DNA of 64,000 nt, taken from contig OZ244720.1 in NCBI GenBank assembly GCA_965219085.1, positions 2,048,001 through 2,112,000 on the forward strand, read 5' to 3'. Positions 1 to 9,339 of the stretch are shown piece after piece (position 1 is the first letter of the stretch; every line of letters starts with the position of its first letter). The DNA is from Dehalococcoidia bacterium (GTDB lineage Bacteria > Chloroflexota > Dehalococcoidia > UBA2979). The position numbers and the translations under genes are program-made. The notes beneath the pieces were generated by a model. That model was given only the letters and a program-made list of their open reading frames with translations. It had not been told where the DNA came from and made no database searches.

Positions 1-2
1 TC

Positions 3-1114
3 AAGCTCGTAACGACTCAACGCGCCCATCAGCAGGATGCCGCAAACGCGATGGGCTCGGATCCTATCAAGGCGATTATTGAGTTGGTGACCAATGCTGA
101 CGATGCCTACGACGGCGTTACAACGAACCGCAAGGGGAAGATTCGGATCGAATGGGAGCGACACCGCAAGACCCCGACGGTCCTCCGTGTCCTCGACCGC
201 GCCCGCGGGATGACAAGGGATGAGATGCTTGAGCGACTCGGCAGGCTCGGCGAACGCACAAGCGGATTTGAGCATGGCGCACAACGCCGGGGCTTCTTCG
301 GCCGGGGCGGGAAGGACGTGGCGCACTTCGGGCCAGTGCGGTGGGAATCGAAGCGGAGCGGCGAGCACACCGGATTCGAGATCGAGTACAAATCCGGGGC
401 CTCGGTTGACGCCCTCGTATACGAGCTCCCGGCAGTCGAGTCCCGCGACACGGGCACAACAGTCACTCTTGAGATTCAGCCTCGCTTCCAAAGTCCGCTG
501 GAGTCGACCCTCATGGACAGACTCAAGCGGCACTATGCCCTGCGGCCGATACTTGACGACCGTCGCAACCGCGAGATTACCCTGAACGATCAGAAGGTCG
601 TGTTCGAGCCACCTCGGGGCAGATTGCTCCTCGATCGCGAGAAGCACTCGATCCGGGGCTACGATGGTTTCGAGTGCGTCATCACGATTACGGAGTGCGC
701 TGAGTCTCTCGACGATGACCAGTCCCCAGATTACTGGCGGCACTCGCTCCTGATCACGTCGGGGCGTGCAGCGTATGAGGTCTTTCAGGGCGGCAAGTTC
801 TCACGCGGCCCGCATGCTCAATACCTGGGAAGGCTCTTCGGCACTGTTGACGTACCCGGCATCAACGAACTCATCCGCGAGCATGATGACCGTGTCGAGG
901 CCGGGCTCGACCCGACCGAAACGCGATGCTGGCCGAAATCCTTGCCTCGACAGTAGTGCGGAGTAGGCTGCAGGAGAAGTATCAGGAGCGCCACGACGTA
1001 GCACGGCTATTCTTCGAGTACCAGAACGACCTCGCGAAACTGTTGCCGCGCGTGCATGCCGCGCTCGTTCCCGCAGCCGAGCGCCGCAGCGTTGAGCCAT
1101 GGCGACAAGGCTGA
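3..1114 (+). pseudogene. GHKL (HATPase_c/MORC-like) ATPase, 5' end cut by the window edge, probably internally deleted and frameshifted
   Basis: The frame is open from base 3. GHKL motifs ELVTNADDA, DRARGM and RGFFGRG are present. The protein-like sequence stops at about 920, and an out-of-frame helical C-terminal-like piece follows (926..1114). Confidence 0.65.
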
Positions 1115-1139
1115 GTGCTGAGGCGCCCACAGCCCCTGG

Positions 1140-2339
1140 TCAGGCGACGACGCCCCTCGCCTTGAGCGCCGCGATCGACTCGGCGGACTCGCCGAGCTCG
1201 GCGAGCACCTCGTCGGTGTGCCGGCCGAGGTGCGCAGGGGCGCTGCGCACGTTGCCCGGTGTGCCCAGCAGCTTCGGCGCGACGCCGACGTGGCGCACGG
1301 TCCCCGCGCCCACGCCCTCGCCCTCCACCTCGATCGCCATCTCGCGCTCCCGCTGGTGGGGGTCGTCGAGCATCTCGTCGAGGTCGAGCACGGGCGTCAG
1401 GCATGCGTCGAGGTGGCCGAAGTCGGCGAACCACTCGTCGCGCGGGCGTTCGCGGAAGCGTGCTGCGAAGGCGGCCTGCATCCCGGCCTGGCGGTCGGGA
1501 TCGTTCTGGTGCGGGACGAACTCCTCGAAGCCGAGCGCCTTGCACAGCTCCTCGAAGAAGTAGGGCTCGATCGCGCCGACGCTGATCCAGCGGCCGTCGG
1601 CGCACTCGTAGACCTGGTAGTAGCAGCGCGCGCCGGCGAGCGTGTGGTCGCCGCGGCGCGGCGGCCCGGCCCCGGCGAGCATCGTCGCGACGTGCGAGAT
1701 CATGAGCGAGGCGACGCCGTCCGACATCGCGGCGTCGACGTCCTGGCCGTGGCCGGTGCGCTCGCGCGCCTGTAGCGCGAGCACGATGCCGAACGCGGCC
1801 ATCAGCCCGCCGCCGGCGAAGTCGGCGATGATGTTGAGCGGGATCACCGGGTCGCCCTGCACGTTCCCGATCGACCCGAGCGCGCCGCCGATCGAGATGT
1901 AGTTGATGTCGTGCCCGGCGCGCGGCTCATATGGTCCGGTGCGCCCGAAGCCCGACACCGAGCACGTGATGATGCGCGGGTTGATAGCCTCGAGGCTCGC
2001 GTAGTCGATGCCGAGGCGGTTCGTGACGCCCGGCCGGAAGCCGTCGATGACCACGTCGGAGCGCTCGACCAGGGCCCGGAAGATGCGCTGGCCGTCCTCG
2101 TCGCGGAGGTTGATGGCTGTGCCGCGCTTGTTGCGCCGGATCGCGTCGTGGGCGAGCGCGCGCGCCGCCTCCTCGGTCTCGGGCGCGCCGGCGCGCACGT
2201 TGAAGCGGGCGACGGCGCCCGGCGGCACCTCGACCATGAACACGTCGGCGCCGAAGTCGGCGAGAAGCATGGAGGCGTACTGGCCGGGCGGGGTGCGGGA
2301 CAGGTCGAGGACGCGAACGCCCTCCAGCGCCATGGTCAT
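1140..2339 (-). CDS. CaiB/BaiF family III CoA-transferase (alpha-methylacyl-CoA racemase-like)
   Basis: Motifs LEGVRVLDLS, LADFGADV, RNKR, FRPGV, GHDINY and DFAGG; 399 aa. Confidence 0.93.
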   Translation of the reverse strand: MTMALEGVRVLDLSRTPPGQYASMLLADFGADVFMVEVPPGAVARFNVRAGAPETEEAARALAHDAIRRNKRGTAINLRDEDGQRIFRALVERSDVVIDGFRPGVTNRLGIDYASLEAINPRIITCSVSGFGRTGPYEPRAGHDINYISIGGALGSIGNVQGDPVIPLNIIADFAGGGLMAAFGIVLALQARERTGHGQDVDAAMSDGVASLMISHVATMLAGAGPPRRGDHTLAGARCYYQVYECADGRWISVGAIEPYFFEELCKALGFEEFVPHQNDPDRQAGMQAAFAARFRERPRDEWFADFGHLDACLTPVLDLDEMLDDPHQREREMAIEVEGEGVGAGTVRHVGVAPKLLGTPGNVRSAPAHLGRHTDEVLAELGESAESIAALKARGVVA

Positions 2340-2537
2340 GGGGTGCCTCCTCGGTGCGCTACGGGTCGTTGCAGGCCCGTGTCGCGAGGAGGGTAGCTCG
2401 TGGCGCTGTGCGGGACGAGGGGCGCGAGGCGCCTGGAGGCTCGGGCTTATTTGCGTTGGATGGCCGAAACGAAAATCACAGCACTCGCTATTTTCGTCGG
2501 CGCTAACACACGGCGCCGAGGCTGGCCCCGGAGGAGG

Positions 2538-3897
2538 TTACAGTCGTTCCCGAAGAGTCGCGGCTTCCAGCCGCCGTGACTGCTCGGCACGCCCGTCGAC
2601 AACGGCCACGCCTTCCTGTCGAAGCAGCTCGACCGGATCACGAGAGTCGACCGGGTCGCTCCAGTGGAAGCCTTCGGCGACCGAGCCGCCCGCCGTCAGT
2701 ACACGGTGGGCAGCGGAGCATTGGTTGCAGGCGGTGATGTGTCCGCCCACGGCACGAGCCGAACTGCCAATCGCATCCGCGAGGTCCCCGTAGGTCGTCC
2801 ACTCACCCGACTGTACTTGATCCAGCAGACGGTGAAGGCCGGATCAATCCCGAGGTTCAGCGCTGCGTCCGCGCACTTCGCCCGCCAAGGCAGACAAAGT
2901 TTGGCCGTCCGCCCATCCATGCTCTCGGTCCCTGAATGACCCTCGGGCGCTCACCAGTCGCTCGCTCCACGATCTCCTTCGCCAGTCCGGTGGGGCTCCA
3001 ATGTTCCCCGTCGACCATCTAGGTAAGTGGCGTTGAAGGATGGTTTCGCCAGGTCACATGAGAGCGCTGGGGATCGGCCTTGAGCCATTCCGCAACCCGC
3101 TCACGCCATAGAGGCCGAATGCCGCGGGGCGCAAGCTCGACCAACGCCCCGTCTTCAATGAGCCCGGCGTCGACTAGCCTTGCGACGGCGCGTGTTTCAC
3201 GGCGCGTGTGTGATCGCTCGTCCGTTGCTCGTTGCTCCATTTCGCGAGGCGAGACGGTGAAGTCCTCGACCTCCTGCAATGGCCAGACCTGCGAGACCGA
3301 GAGCACGACGTCGTGCTCGGTGCGGTAAGCGTTGAACTCGATCAACGAGACCTCAACGCCCATCTCGGTCAGCCAGACGGCGCTCGCGGTGACTTGCGGC
3401 GGGAAGCTCGCCGCCACCAGAGCGATGCGTGGCCGCCGGAGCAAGTCCGGGTCGAGCTCACCGCCGGCGTGCTCCTCGAGTTGGACAAGGGCGTTCTCGG
3501 CTGACACCAACTCCGTACCCTCCCGCGACAGGTAGTCGGCGTGCCGTTCGCTGAGTGTCTCCGGCGTGAAGCGGCTCGCGAAGGCCGCGTACTTGACTGC
3601 CTGCATCCCGACAGTGTCGGGCGCCGGCCCGCGTTTCAACTCGGCCACGAGGAGCCGCCCCTCGCCGTCGAGGCCGAGCAGATCGAGGCGGTCTGCCGCG
3701 CGTCCGTCGCGCGCCTGCCATGCGGCGAACTCGAACGTCACGATGCGGATGTCGTCGCCGAGGATCTCCGGGTTGTTGCGTACCCACTCTTGCAGGTCGG
3801 ACCGCTCGCGCAGTCCCGCTTCGGCAAGGCTGATCGGTTGCGCGGGCTGCGCCGCGCCGGGCTGGACGGTGAAGATCAGCTCACTGGGCATGCGCAC
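2538..3897 (-). pseudogene. NucS/DUF91-like PD-(D/E)xK nuclease - RAMA - ATL/MGMT-like fusion with two nonsense codons and one frameshift
   Basis: Nuclease motifs ERSDLQEW..DLLGLD..ELK..Q..Y. The sequence reads on past TAG 3019-3021 (MVDGEHWSPTGL), a frameshift near 2913, and TGA 2844-2846 into WTTYGDLADAIG..AHRVL, ending at 2538. Likely start is ATG 3891. Confidence 0.75.
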
Positions 3898-3912
3898 CTC
3901 CCGCGCTGATGC

Positions 3913-3941
3913 AGGCTACGCAACGAGCGTGATGATGTCAC
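3913..3941 (-). promoter_or_regulatory. sigma70-like promoter GTGACA-N17-TAGCCT upstream of the nuclease gene
   Basis: Consensus spacing. A second copy lies at 5598-5626. Confidence 0.5.
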
Positions 3942-4069
3942 GGTGCGGGGTGGGTGAAGATGTAGCGCAGGTTCTCGCGCTTGGATGGCGAAGTTCGCGC
4001 GCGTCTGCTCCCTGGTGAGCCGGCCCCCGTAATCGGATTGGCGCGAGCTGCGACGCCGATATGTGTAGC

Positions 4070-4167
4070 CACTCACAGGACGGCACAGCAAGACGCCCGC
4101 CTGAGGGCGGGTGTCCCTGTGCGTTGCGGCTGGAGCGTTGGCTGCTAGCGCGAGCCTCGCAGGCGCG
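4070..4167. repeat. Direct repeat, copy 1 (dppC 3' end plus terminator hairpin)
   Basis: Near-identical to 5740-5836 (ggcacagcaagacgcccgcctgagggcggg...ctagcgcgagcctcgcaggcgcg). Confidence 0.9.
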
Positions 4168-4358
4168 TTGTGGGTGGTGACTCGTTCGCAAATAGCGATG
4201 GGCGCTGGTTGCGCTATCGCTAACAACGGCCACGGCAGGCATGCTCAGGTAGTGTTTGATGGGGTATTCGAAGATAACGGCGCTGACTCTTCTCGCTACC
4301 GCTAACAACAGACGCCTCCCTCGATCGTTATTTGTGATAAGGACCATGTGCGATAATA

Positions 4359-5570
4359 ATGGACTCGGAGTGCGTGTACGTTCACGAGGAAGAGCCTGTG
4401 ACATCGCTGACCGAGCAGACCCGCGAGCCGCATGGCCGCATGGTGAACGGCCCCGGCGGCTATCGCGCCTACGTGCCCGCCCCGGCTCCGCCGCCCCTGA
4501 CGTGGGATGTCGACCTCGTCCTGAGCCTCTCGGCCGCCGATCTGGCTGTTGGCAGACTCGCCGGCGAGGGACGACGTCTCCCGAATCCGCACATCCTGAT
4601 CCGGCCATTCGTCCGCAAGGAGGCCGTCCTGTCCAGCCGTATCGAGGGGACCCAGGCCACGCTCGGCGAGTTGCTCGCCGCCGAGGCGGGCGCGTTCGTT
4701 GAGCGCAGCCGGGACGACTTGCGCGAGGTGGGGAACTATGTGGTCGCCCTCGAATACGGCGTCGCTCGTCTCGAGTCGTTGCCCGTATCGCTGCGTCTGG
4801 TGCGCGAGCTGCACGAGCGCCTCATGCGCGGCGTGCGGGGCGAGGTCGCCACCCCCGGCGAGTTTCGGCGCAGCCAGAACTGGATCGGGCCGCCGGGTAG
4901 CACGTTGAACAATGCGACCTACGTCCCGCCGCCGCCTCTGGAGTTGATGGCGTGCCTGGATGCATGGGAGCGGTTCATGCACGACGAGACGTTGCCGCCG
5001 CTGGCGCACGCCGCCATCGCACACGCCCAGTTCGAGGCAATCCACCCGTTCCTCGACGGTAACGGGCGCGTCGGGCGGCTGCTCATCACGCTGTTACTCG
5101 TCGCGCGAGGGGTGATTCCCTCTCCGCTGCTCTACCTCAGCGCGTGGTTCGAGGCCACGCGCGACGAGTACTACAGGCACCTCCTGGGCGTGACGCAGCG
5201 GGGTGAATGGGAGGAGTGGCTGACCTACTTCCTGCGAGGCGTCGTGCGCCTGTCCGAGGATGCGCTCGGCCGGATCCAGCGTCTCGACGACCTCCTCGCC
5301 GGATGGAAGGGCGCGTTGGCGGGCGGCAGGTCGCGACAACCGGAGCAGGCGCTCGACCTCTTTGCCGAGAACCCCTTCTGGACGGTCGGGGGCGCGGCCG
5401 AACGGCTGGGGGTGGCGTTCACGACTGCCCAGCGAGCCATCGACCGACTGGTGGCAGCCGAAATGGTCGCCCAGGTGGGGGACGCTCAGCGCAACCGCGT
5501 GTATTGCGCGGGCGCCATCCTCCAACTGTTGGAGGAAGAACCGCGCTTCGCCGACGGCACGGTCTCGTGA
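4359..5570 (+). CDS. Fic family protein (N-terminal extension, Fic domain, C-terminal HTH)
   Basis: Canonical HPFLDGNGRVGR motif and SSRIEG motif. True start may be GTG 4398. Confidence 0.93.
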   Translation: MDSECVYVHEEEPVTSLTEQTREPHGRMVNGPGGYRAYVPAPAPPPLTWDVDLVLSLSAADLAVGRLAGEGRRLPNPHILIRPFVRKEAVLSSRIEGTQATLGELLAAEAGAFVERSRDDLREVGNYVVALEYGVARLESLPVSLRLVRELHERLMRGVRGEVATPGEFRRSQNWIGPPGSTLNNATYVPPPPLELMACLDAWERFMHDETLPPLAHAAIAHAQFEAIHPFLDGNGRVGRLLITLLLVARGVIPSPLLYLSAWFEATRDEYYRHLLGVTQRGEWEEWLTYFLRGVVRLSEDALGRIQRLDDLLAGWKGALAGGRSRQPEQALDLFAENPFWTVGGAAERLGVAFTTAQRAIDRLVAAEMVAQVGDAQRNRVYCAGAILQLLEEEPRFADGTVS

Positions 5571-5739
5571 GGTAATCGGCACGCCTCGCGCCGGTGCAGG
5601 CTAGGCAACGCCGGGGGCGATGTCACGGCGGAGGCAGCGCTACGTGAGCGCGTCGACCCCGCTGGGACCGTCCGTCACCCCAACTCCTCGGCTATCCGTT
5701 CGCCGGCGTCGAAGTCCTCGAAGGTCTTCAGCCCGGTGA

Positions 5740-5836
5740 CACTTACCGGAGGGCACAGCAAGACGCCCGCCTGAGGGCGGGCGTCTTGTGCGTTGCGGCT
5801 GAAAGCGTGGCTGCTAGCGCGAGCCTCGCAGGCGCG
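5740..5836. repeat. Direct repeat, copy 2 (native dppC stop and downstream hairpin)
   Basis: Matches 4070-4167. Confidence 0.9.
5759..5788 (-). terminator. Stem-loop downstream of dppC
   Basis: 13-bp stem caagacgcccgcc/ggcgggcgtcttg between the convergent fic and dppC genes. Confidence 0.6.
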
Positions 5837-6716
5837 GGTCGAGCACGTCGCGGACGACGTCGCCGAGCAGGTTGAAGCTCAGCACCGTGACGGCGATCGC
5901 GAGGCCGGGGAACAGCGCCAGCCACGGCGACGTCTCGATCGACTCACGGCCACGGCTCAGCATCAGGCCCCACGAGGCGTCGGGCGGCTGCGTGGCCAGG
6001 CCGAGGAAGCTGAGCGCGCCCTCGATCAGGATGGCCGAGCCGAACCCCGCCGAGACGAGGATGAGGATCGGCGCCACCACGTTGGGCAGGATGTGCTGCA
6101 TCAGCACCCGCGTCGGACTCGCGCCGATCGCTCGTGCCGCCTCGATGTAGGTGTTCTCCTTCACCGATAGCACGGCACTGCGCACCACGCGCGAGTTGTT
6201 CACCGCCACAATGAGGGCGATGGCAAGCACTCCATTCGTCGTCGAGGGCCCGATCACGCTGACGATGGCCATTGCCAGCAGGATGGCCGGGAACGACTGG
6301 ATGGCGTCCACAATACGCTGGACCAGCAGGTCGACCCAGCCGCCGGCGAACCCGGAGACCAGCCCGACGAACGCGCCGGCCAGGGTGCCGAACCCGACGG
6401 TCAGGAACCCCACGTACAGCGAGATCCGCGCGCCGTACATGACGCGCGTCAGGATGTCGCGGCCGATGCCGTCCGACCCGAGCCAGTGGCCATCGACGCC
6501 CGGCGCGACGAACTTCTCGCGCGAGATCGCCTGTGGGTCGAAGGGCGACACATAGGGCGCCGCCAGCGCGACCGCGATCAGGATCAGGATGATGAGCCCG
6601 GACCCCGCACCCACCGGAGTGCGTGCGATCTTGATGGTCGCGTCTACCGCTGGGTGACGTTGCCTTGCGGCAAGGTCCTGGAAAGTAGTGTCTTCAACTT
6701 GCGCTGCTGAAGCCAT
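5814..6716 (-). CDS. dppC: Peptide/nickel ABC transporter permease (DppC/OppC)
   Basis: HWLGSDGIGRD, EAA motif YIEAARAIGA, GDVVRDVLDPR. Confidence 0.9.
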   Translation of the reverse strand: MASAAQVEDTTFQDLAARQRHPAVDATIKIARTPVGAGSGLIILILIAVALAAPYVSPFDPQAISREKFVAPGVDGHWLGSDGIGRDILTRVMYGARISLYVGFLTVGFGTLAGAFVGLVSGFAGGWVDLLVQRIVDAIQSFPAILLAMAIVSVIGPSTTNGVLAIALIVAVNNSRVVRSAVLSVKENTYIEAARAIGASPTRVLMQHILPNVVAPILILVSAGFGSAILIEGALSFLGLATQPPDASWGLMLSRGRESIETSPWLALFPGLAIAVTVLSFNLLGDVVRDVLDPRLRGSR

Positions 6717-6753
6717 CGTTTGCTCCGCTCTCTACGCCTGTATGCGCCTGTGC

Positions 6754-7704
6754 CTACGAGTACCGGATCCGCGGGTCGATGATCGCGTACGACAGGTCGA
6801 TCAGCAGGTTCGACGTGATGAACAGGATGGCGGTGAAGAACACCACACCCTGCACCACCGGGTAGTCGCGCACCTGGATCGCCTCGAAGCCCAGCGTCCC
6901 CACGCCCGGCAGCGAGAACACGACCTCGACGATGACGAGACCACCGAGGAGGAAGGTGAGCTGGCTGCCCATGATCGTGATCACGGGGATCAGCGCATTC
7001 CGCAGCGCGTGCTTGAGGATGATGACGCGCTCCATCAGCCCCTTCGCGCGGGCGGTGCGCACGTAGTCCTGTCGCAGCACCTCGAGCATCGCCGAGCGCG
7101 TCATGCGGGCGTTAATCGCGCTGGAGCGGTAGCCGACGATGAGCGCGGGGAAGATGAAGGCCTGCATGTTGGCCCACGGGTTCTCCCACGGCGGTGTGTA
7201 GCCGAAGTCTGGTAACCACCCGACCCACACGGACAGGATGTACAGGAGCATCGTCGCCAGGAAGAAGTCCGGGACGGATAACCCCGTGATGGAGAACATC
7301 CGTGCGGCGTAATCCATCCAGCTATCCTGTCTGATCGCGGATACGATGCCTAATGGGATGGCCGTCACCACCGCAACGAACATCGCCATCATCGCGAGTT
7401 GGATCGAGACGCGCGATCGCGTCACGAGCGTCTCCAGGACATCGCGGCCAGTCCACAGCGATACACCCATGTCGCCCCGGAGCACGCCGCTGACCCACTC
7501 GACGTATTGGACCGGGAAGCTCTTGTCGAGCCCCAGCTCCCTTCGCATCGCGTCGACGTCCTCCTGGGTGAGGTAGCCCGACTCGGAGAGCCGCGCCATG
7601 ACGACGTCGCCGGGCTGCAGTCGTAGCAAGCCGGCGATGAGAATGGTCACGATGAGGAGCGAGGGCATCGCGACCACGAGCCTTCGTACGATGTAACGAC
7701 CCAT
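6754..7704 (-). CDS. dppB: Peptide/nickel ABC transporter permease (DppB/OppB), copy 1
   Basis: MGRYIVRRL, GLDK, DYVRTARAKG, RDYPVVQ, DPRIRY. Confidence 0.9.
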   Translation of the reverse strand: MGRYIVRRLVVAMPSLLIVTILIAGLLRLQPGDVVMARLSESGYLTQEDVDAMRRELGLDKSFPVQYVEWVSGVLRGDMGVSLWTGRDVLETLVTRSRVSIQLAMMAMFVAVVTAIPLGIVSAIRQDSWMDYAARMFSITGLSVPDFFLATMLLYILSVWVGWLPDFGYTPPWENPWANMQAFIFPALIVGYRSSAINARMTRSAMLEVLRQDYVRTARAKGLMERVIILKHALRNALIPVITIMGSQLTFLLGGLVIVEVVFSLPGVGTLGFEAIQVRDYPVVQGVVFFTAILFITSNLLIDLSYAIIDPRIRYS

Positions 7705-7942
7705 AGGTCAGAACCTTCCCCTGGTGCCCGCCCCGAAGCGACGGGACACCATCATAGGCGAGGCTGAATCATAGTGTGCAACCACGCCTCGCGTCTCCCT
7801 CATGTGTAGCGAATCCGGGGATCCATCGCCGCATACGACAAATCAATCACTCATGGCCGGCTCCATCACGGTCGGGCGCTCGTACTGGAGGTACGCTCGC
7901 GACCGAGCTTGGGATCCTCGTTCCTGTCTCCTGCGGCGAACC

Positions 7943-7976
7943 GGGCGCGCGCCGAGGGTGTCCCGGCGCGCGCCCC
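7943..7976 (-). terminator. GC-rich stem-loop after dppB copy 2
   Basis: Inverted repeat gggcgcgcgccg/cggcgcgcgccc just past the stop codon. Confidence 0.5.
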
Positions 7977-7984
7977 GTACCTGC

Positions 7985-8935
7985 CTACGAGTAGCGGATC
8001 CGCGGGTCGATCACCGCGTACGAGAGGTCGACCAGCAGGTTCGCACCGACGAACAGCAGCGCCGTGAACAGCACCACGCCCTGCACCATCGGGTAGTCGC
8101 GCACCTGGATCGCCTCGAACCCCAGCGTCCCCACGCCCGGCAGCGAGAACACCACCTCGATGATGACGAGGCCGCCGAGGAGGAAGCTGAGCTGGCTGCC
8201 CATGATCGTGATCACGGGGATGAGCGCGTTCCGCAGCGCGTGCTTGACGATGATCGCGCGCTCCATCAGTCCCTTGGACCGCGCGGTGCGCACGTAGTCC
8301 TGGCGCAGCACCTCGAGCATGGCCGAGCGCGTCATGCGCGCACTGATGGCGCTGAAGCGGTAGCCGACGATCAGCGACGGGAAAATGAACGCCTGCACGT
8401 TGGCCCACGGGTCTTCCCACGGCGGGATGTATCCGAAGGCCGGCAGCCAGCCGACCCACACCGACAGCACGTAGAGCAGCATGGTGGCGAGGAAGAAGTC
8501 CGGGACGGACAGCCCCGTGATGGAGAACATCCTCGCCGCGTAGTCCATCCAGGTGTTCTGTTTCACTGCCGAGAGGATCCCGAGCGGGACCGCTGCCATC
8601 ACCGCGACCGTCATTGCCATCACGGCGAGCTGCACCGAGACGCGTGAGCGCGTCGCGATGGTTTCCAGGACCTCCCGGCCGCTCCACAGCGATTCCCCGA
8701 GGTCGCCGCGCAGCACGCCGGCCATCCACGAGGCGTACTGCTCCGGGAAGCTTCGGTCGAGCCCGAGTTCCTCGCGCATCTTCGCGATGTCCTCGGGAGT
8801 GGGGTAGCCGGCTTCTGCCAGTCGCGCCATGACGACGTCGCCGGGCTGCAGCCGGATGAGGCCGGCGATGAGGATGGTGACGATGATCAGCGACGGTATC
8901 GCGATCAGCAGCCTGCGAATGATGTATCGACCCAT
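7985..8935 (-). CDS. dppB: Peptide/nickel ABC transporter permease (DppB/OppB), copy 2
   Basis: Same length (316 aa) and motifs as copy 1. Start set at ATG 8935 by alignment to copy 1. Confidence 0.9.
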   Translation of the reverse strand: MGRYIIRRLLIAIPSLIIVTILIAGLIRLQPGDVVMARLAEAGYPTPEDIAKMREELGLDRSFPEQYASWMAGVLRGDLGESLWSGREVLETIATRSRVSVQLAVMAMTVAVMAAVPLGILSAVKQNTWMDYAARMFSITGLSVPDFFLATMLLYVLSVWVGWLPAFGYIPPWEDPWANVQAFIFPSLIVGYRFSAISARMTRSAMLEVLRQDYVRTARSKGLMERAIIVKHALRNALIPVITIMGSQLSFLLGGLVIIEVVFSLPGVGTLGFEAIQVRDYPMVQGVVLFTALLFVGANLLVDLSYAVIDPRIRYS

Positions 8936-9074
8936 GGTGAGGCCCCTATCCCGGGCGCCCGCGGCATCGGCGCCGCGCTCACGGCCGGCGCCTCGGCGGC
9001 GGTGCGTCCGTGCTCCCGGCGGGGCCGTCGGTCCCGCCGTCCCCGGCGACCTGTGCGCCGAGGGGAAAACGGGG

Positions 9075-9102
9075 ACTCTAGCGATCTGGCACAATTTGTC
9101 AA
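9075..9102 (-). promoter_or_regulatory. sigma70 promoter TTGACA-N16-TAGAGT for dppB
   Basis: Perfect -35 and good -10, inside a ~44-bp repeated unit. Confidence 0.7.
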
Positions 9103-9215
9103 GGCCCCTACGCGCTTGAGCAGATTCGAGGCGCGCTGAAACCGCGGCCGTGGATCGGGGCATCGATCCGGGCGTCCGCCGATCCCGTCCCGCGCGGGCG
9201 CCGAGGCGCCCTGCG

Positions 9216-9258
9216 GAGGGAAAACGGGGATTCTGACGATCTGGCAGGATTTGTCAAG
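9216..9258 (-). repeat. Second copy of the promoter unit (TTGACA-N16-CAGAAT)
   Basis: Matches 9060-9103 (gggaaaacgggga...cgatctggca..atttgtcaag). Confidence 0.8.
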
Positions 9259-9339
9259 CTCTTGCCCGCCTCGCGCTCGCCGAGGAAGGCGTTGCAGCGC
9301 AAGGGATCGGCAGGGTTCGCCGGTGCTCGGAACCCCGTG

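Noticed and set aside
2844-3021. Stop-codon reassignment or readthrough at Trp positions
   Set aside because: One stop is TAG and the other TGA, a frameshift lies between them, and both codons terminate normal genes throughout the window. Decay is the simpler explanation.
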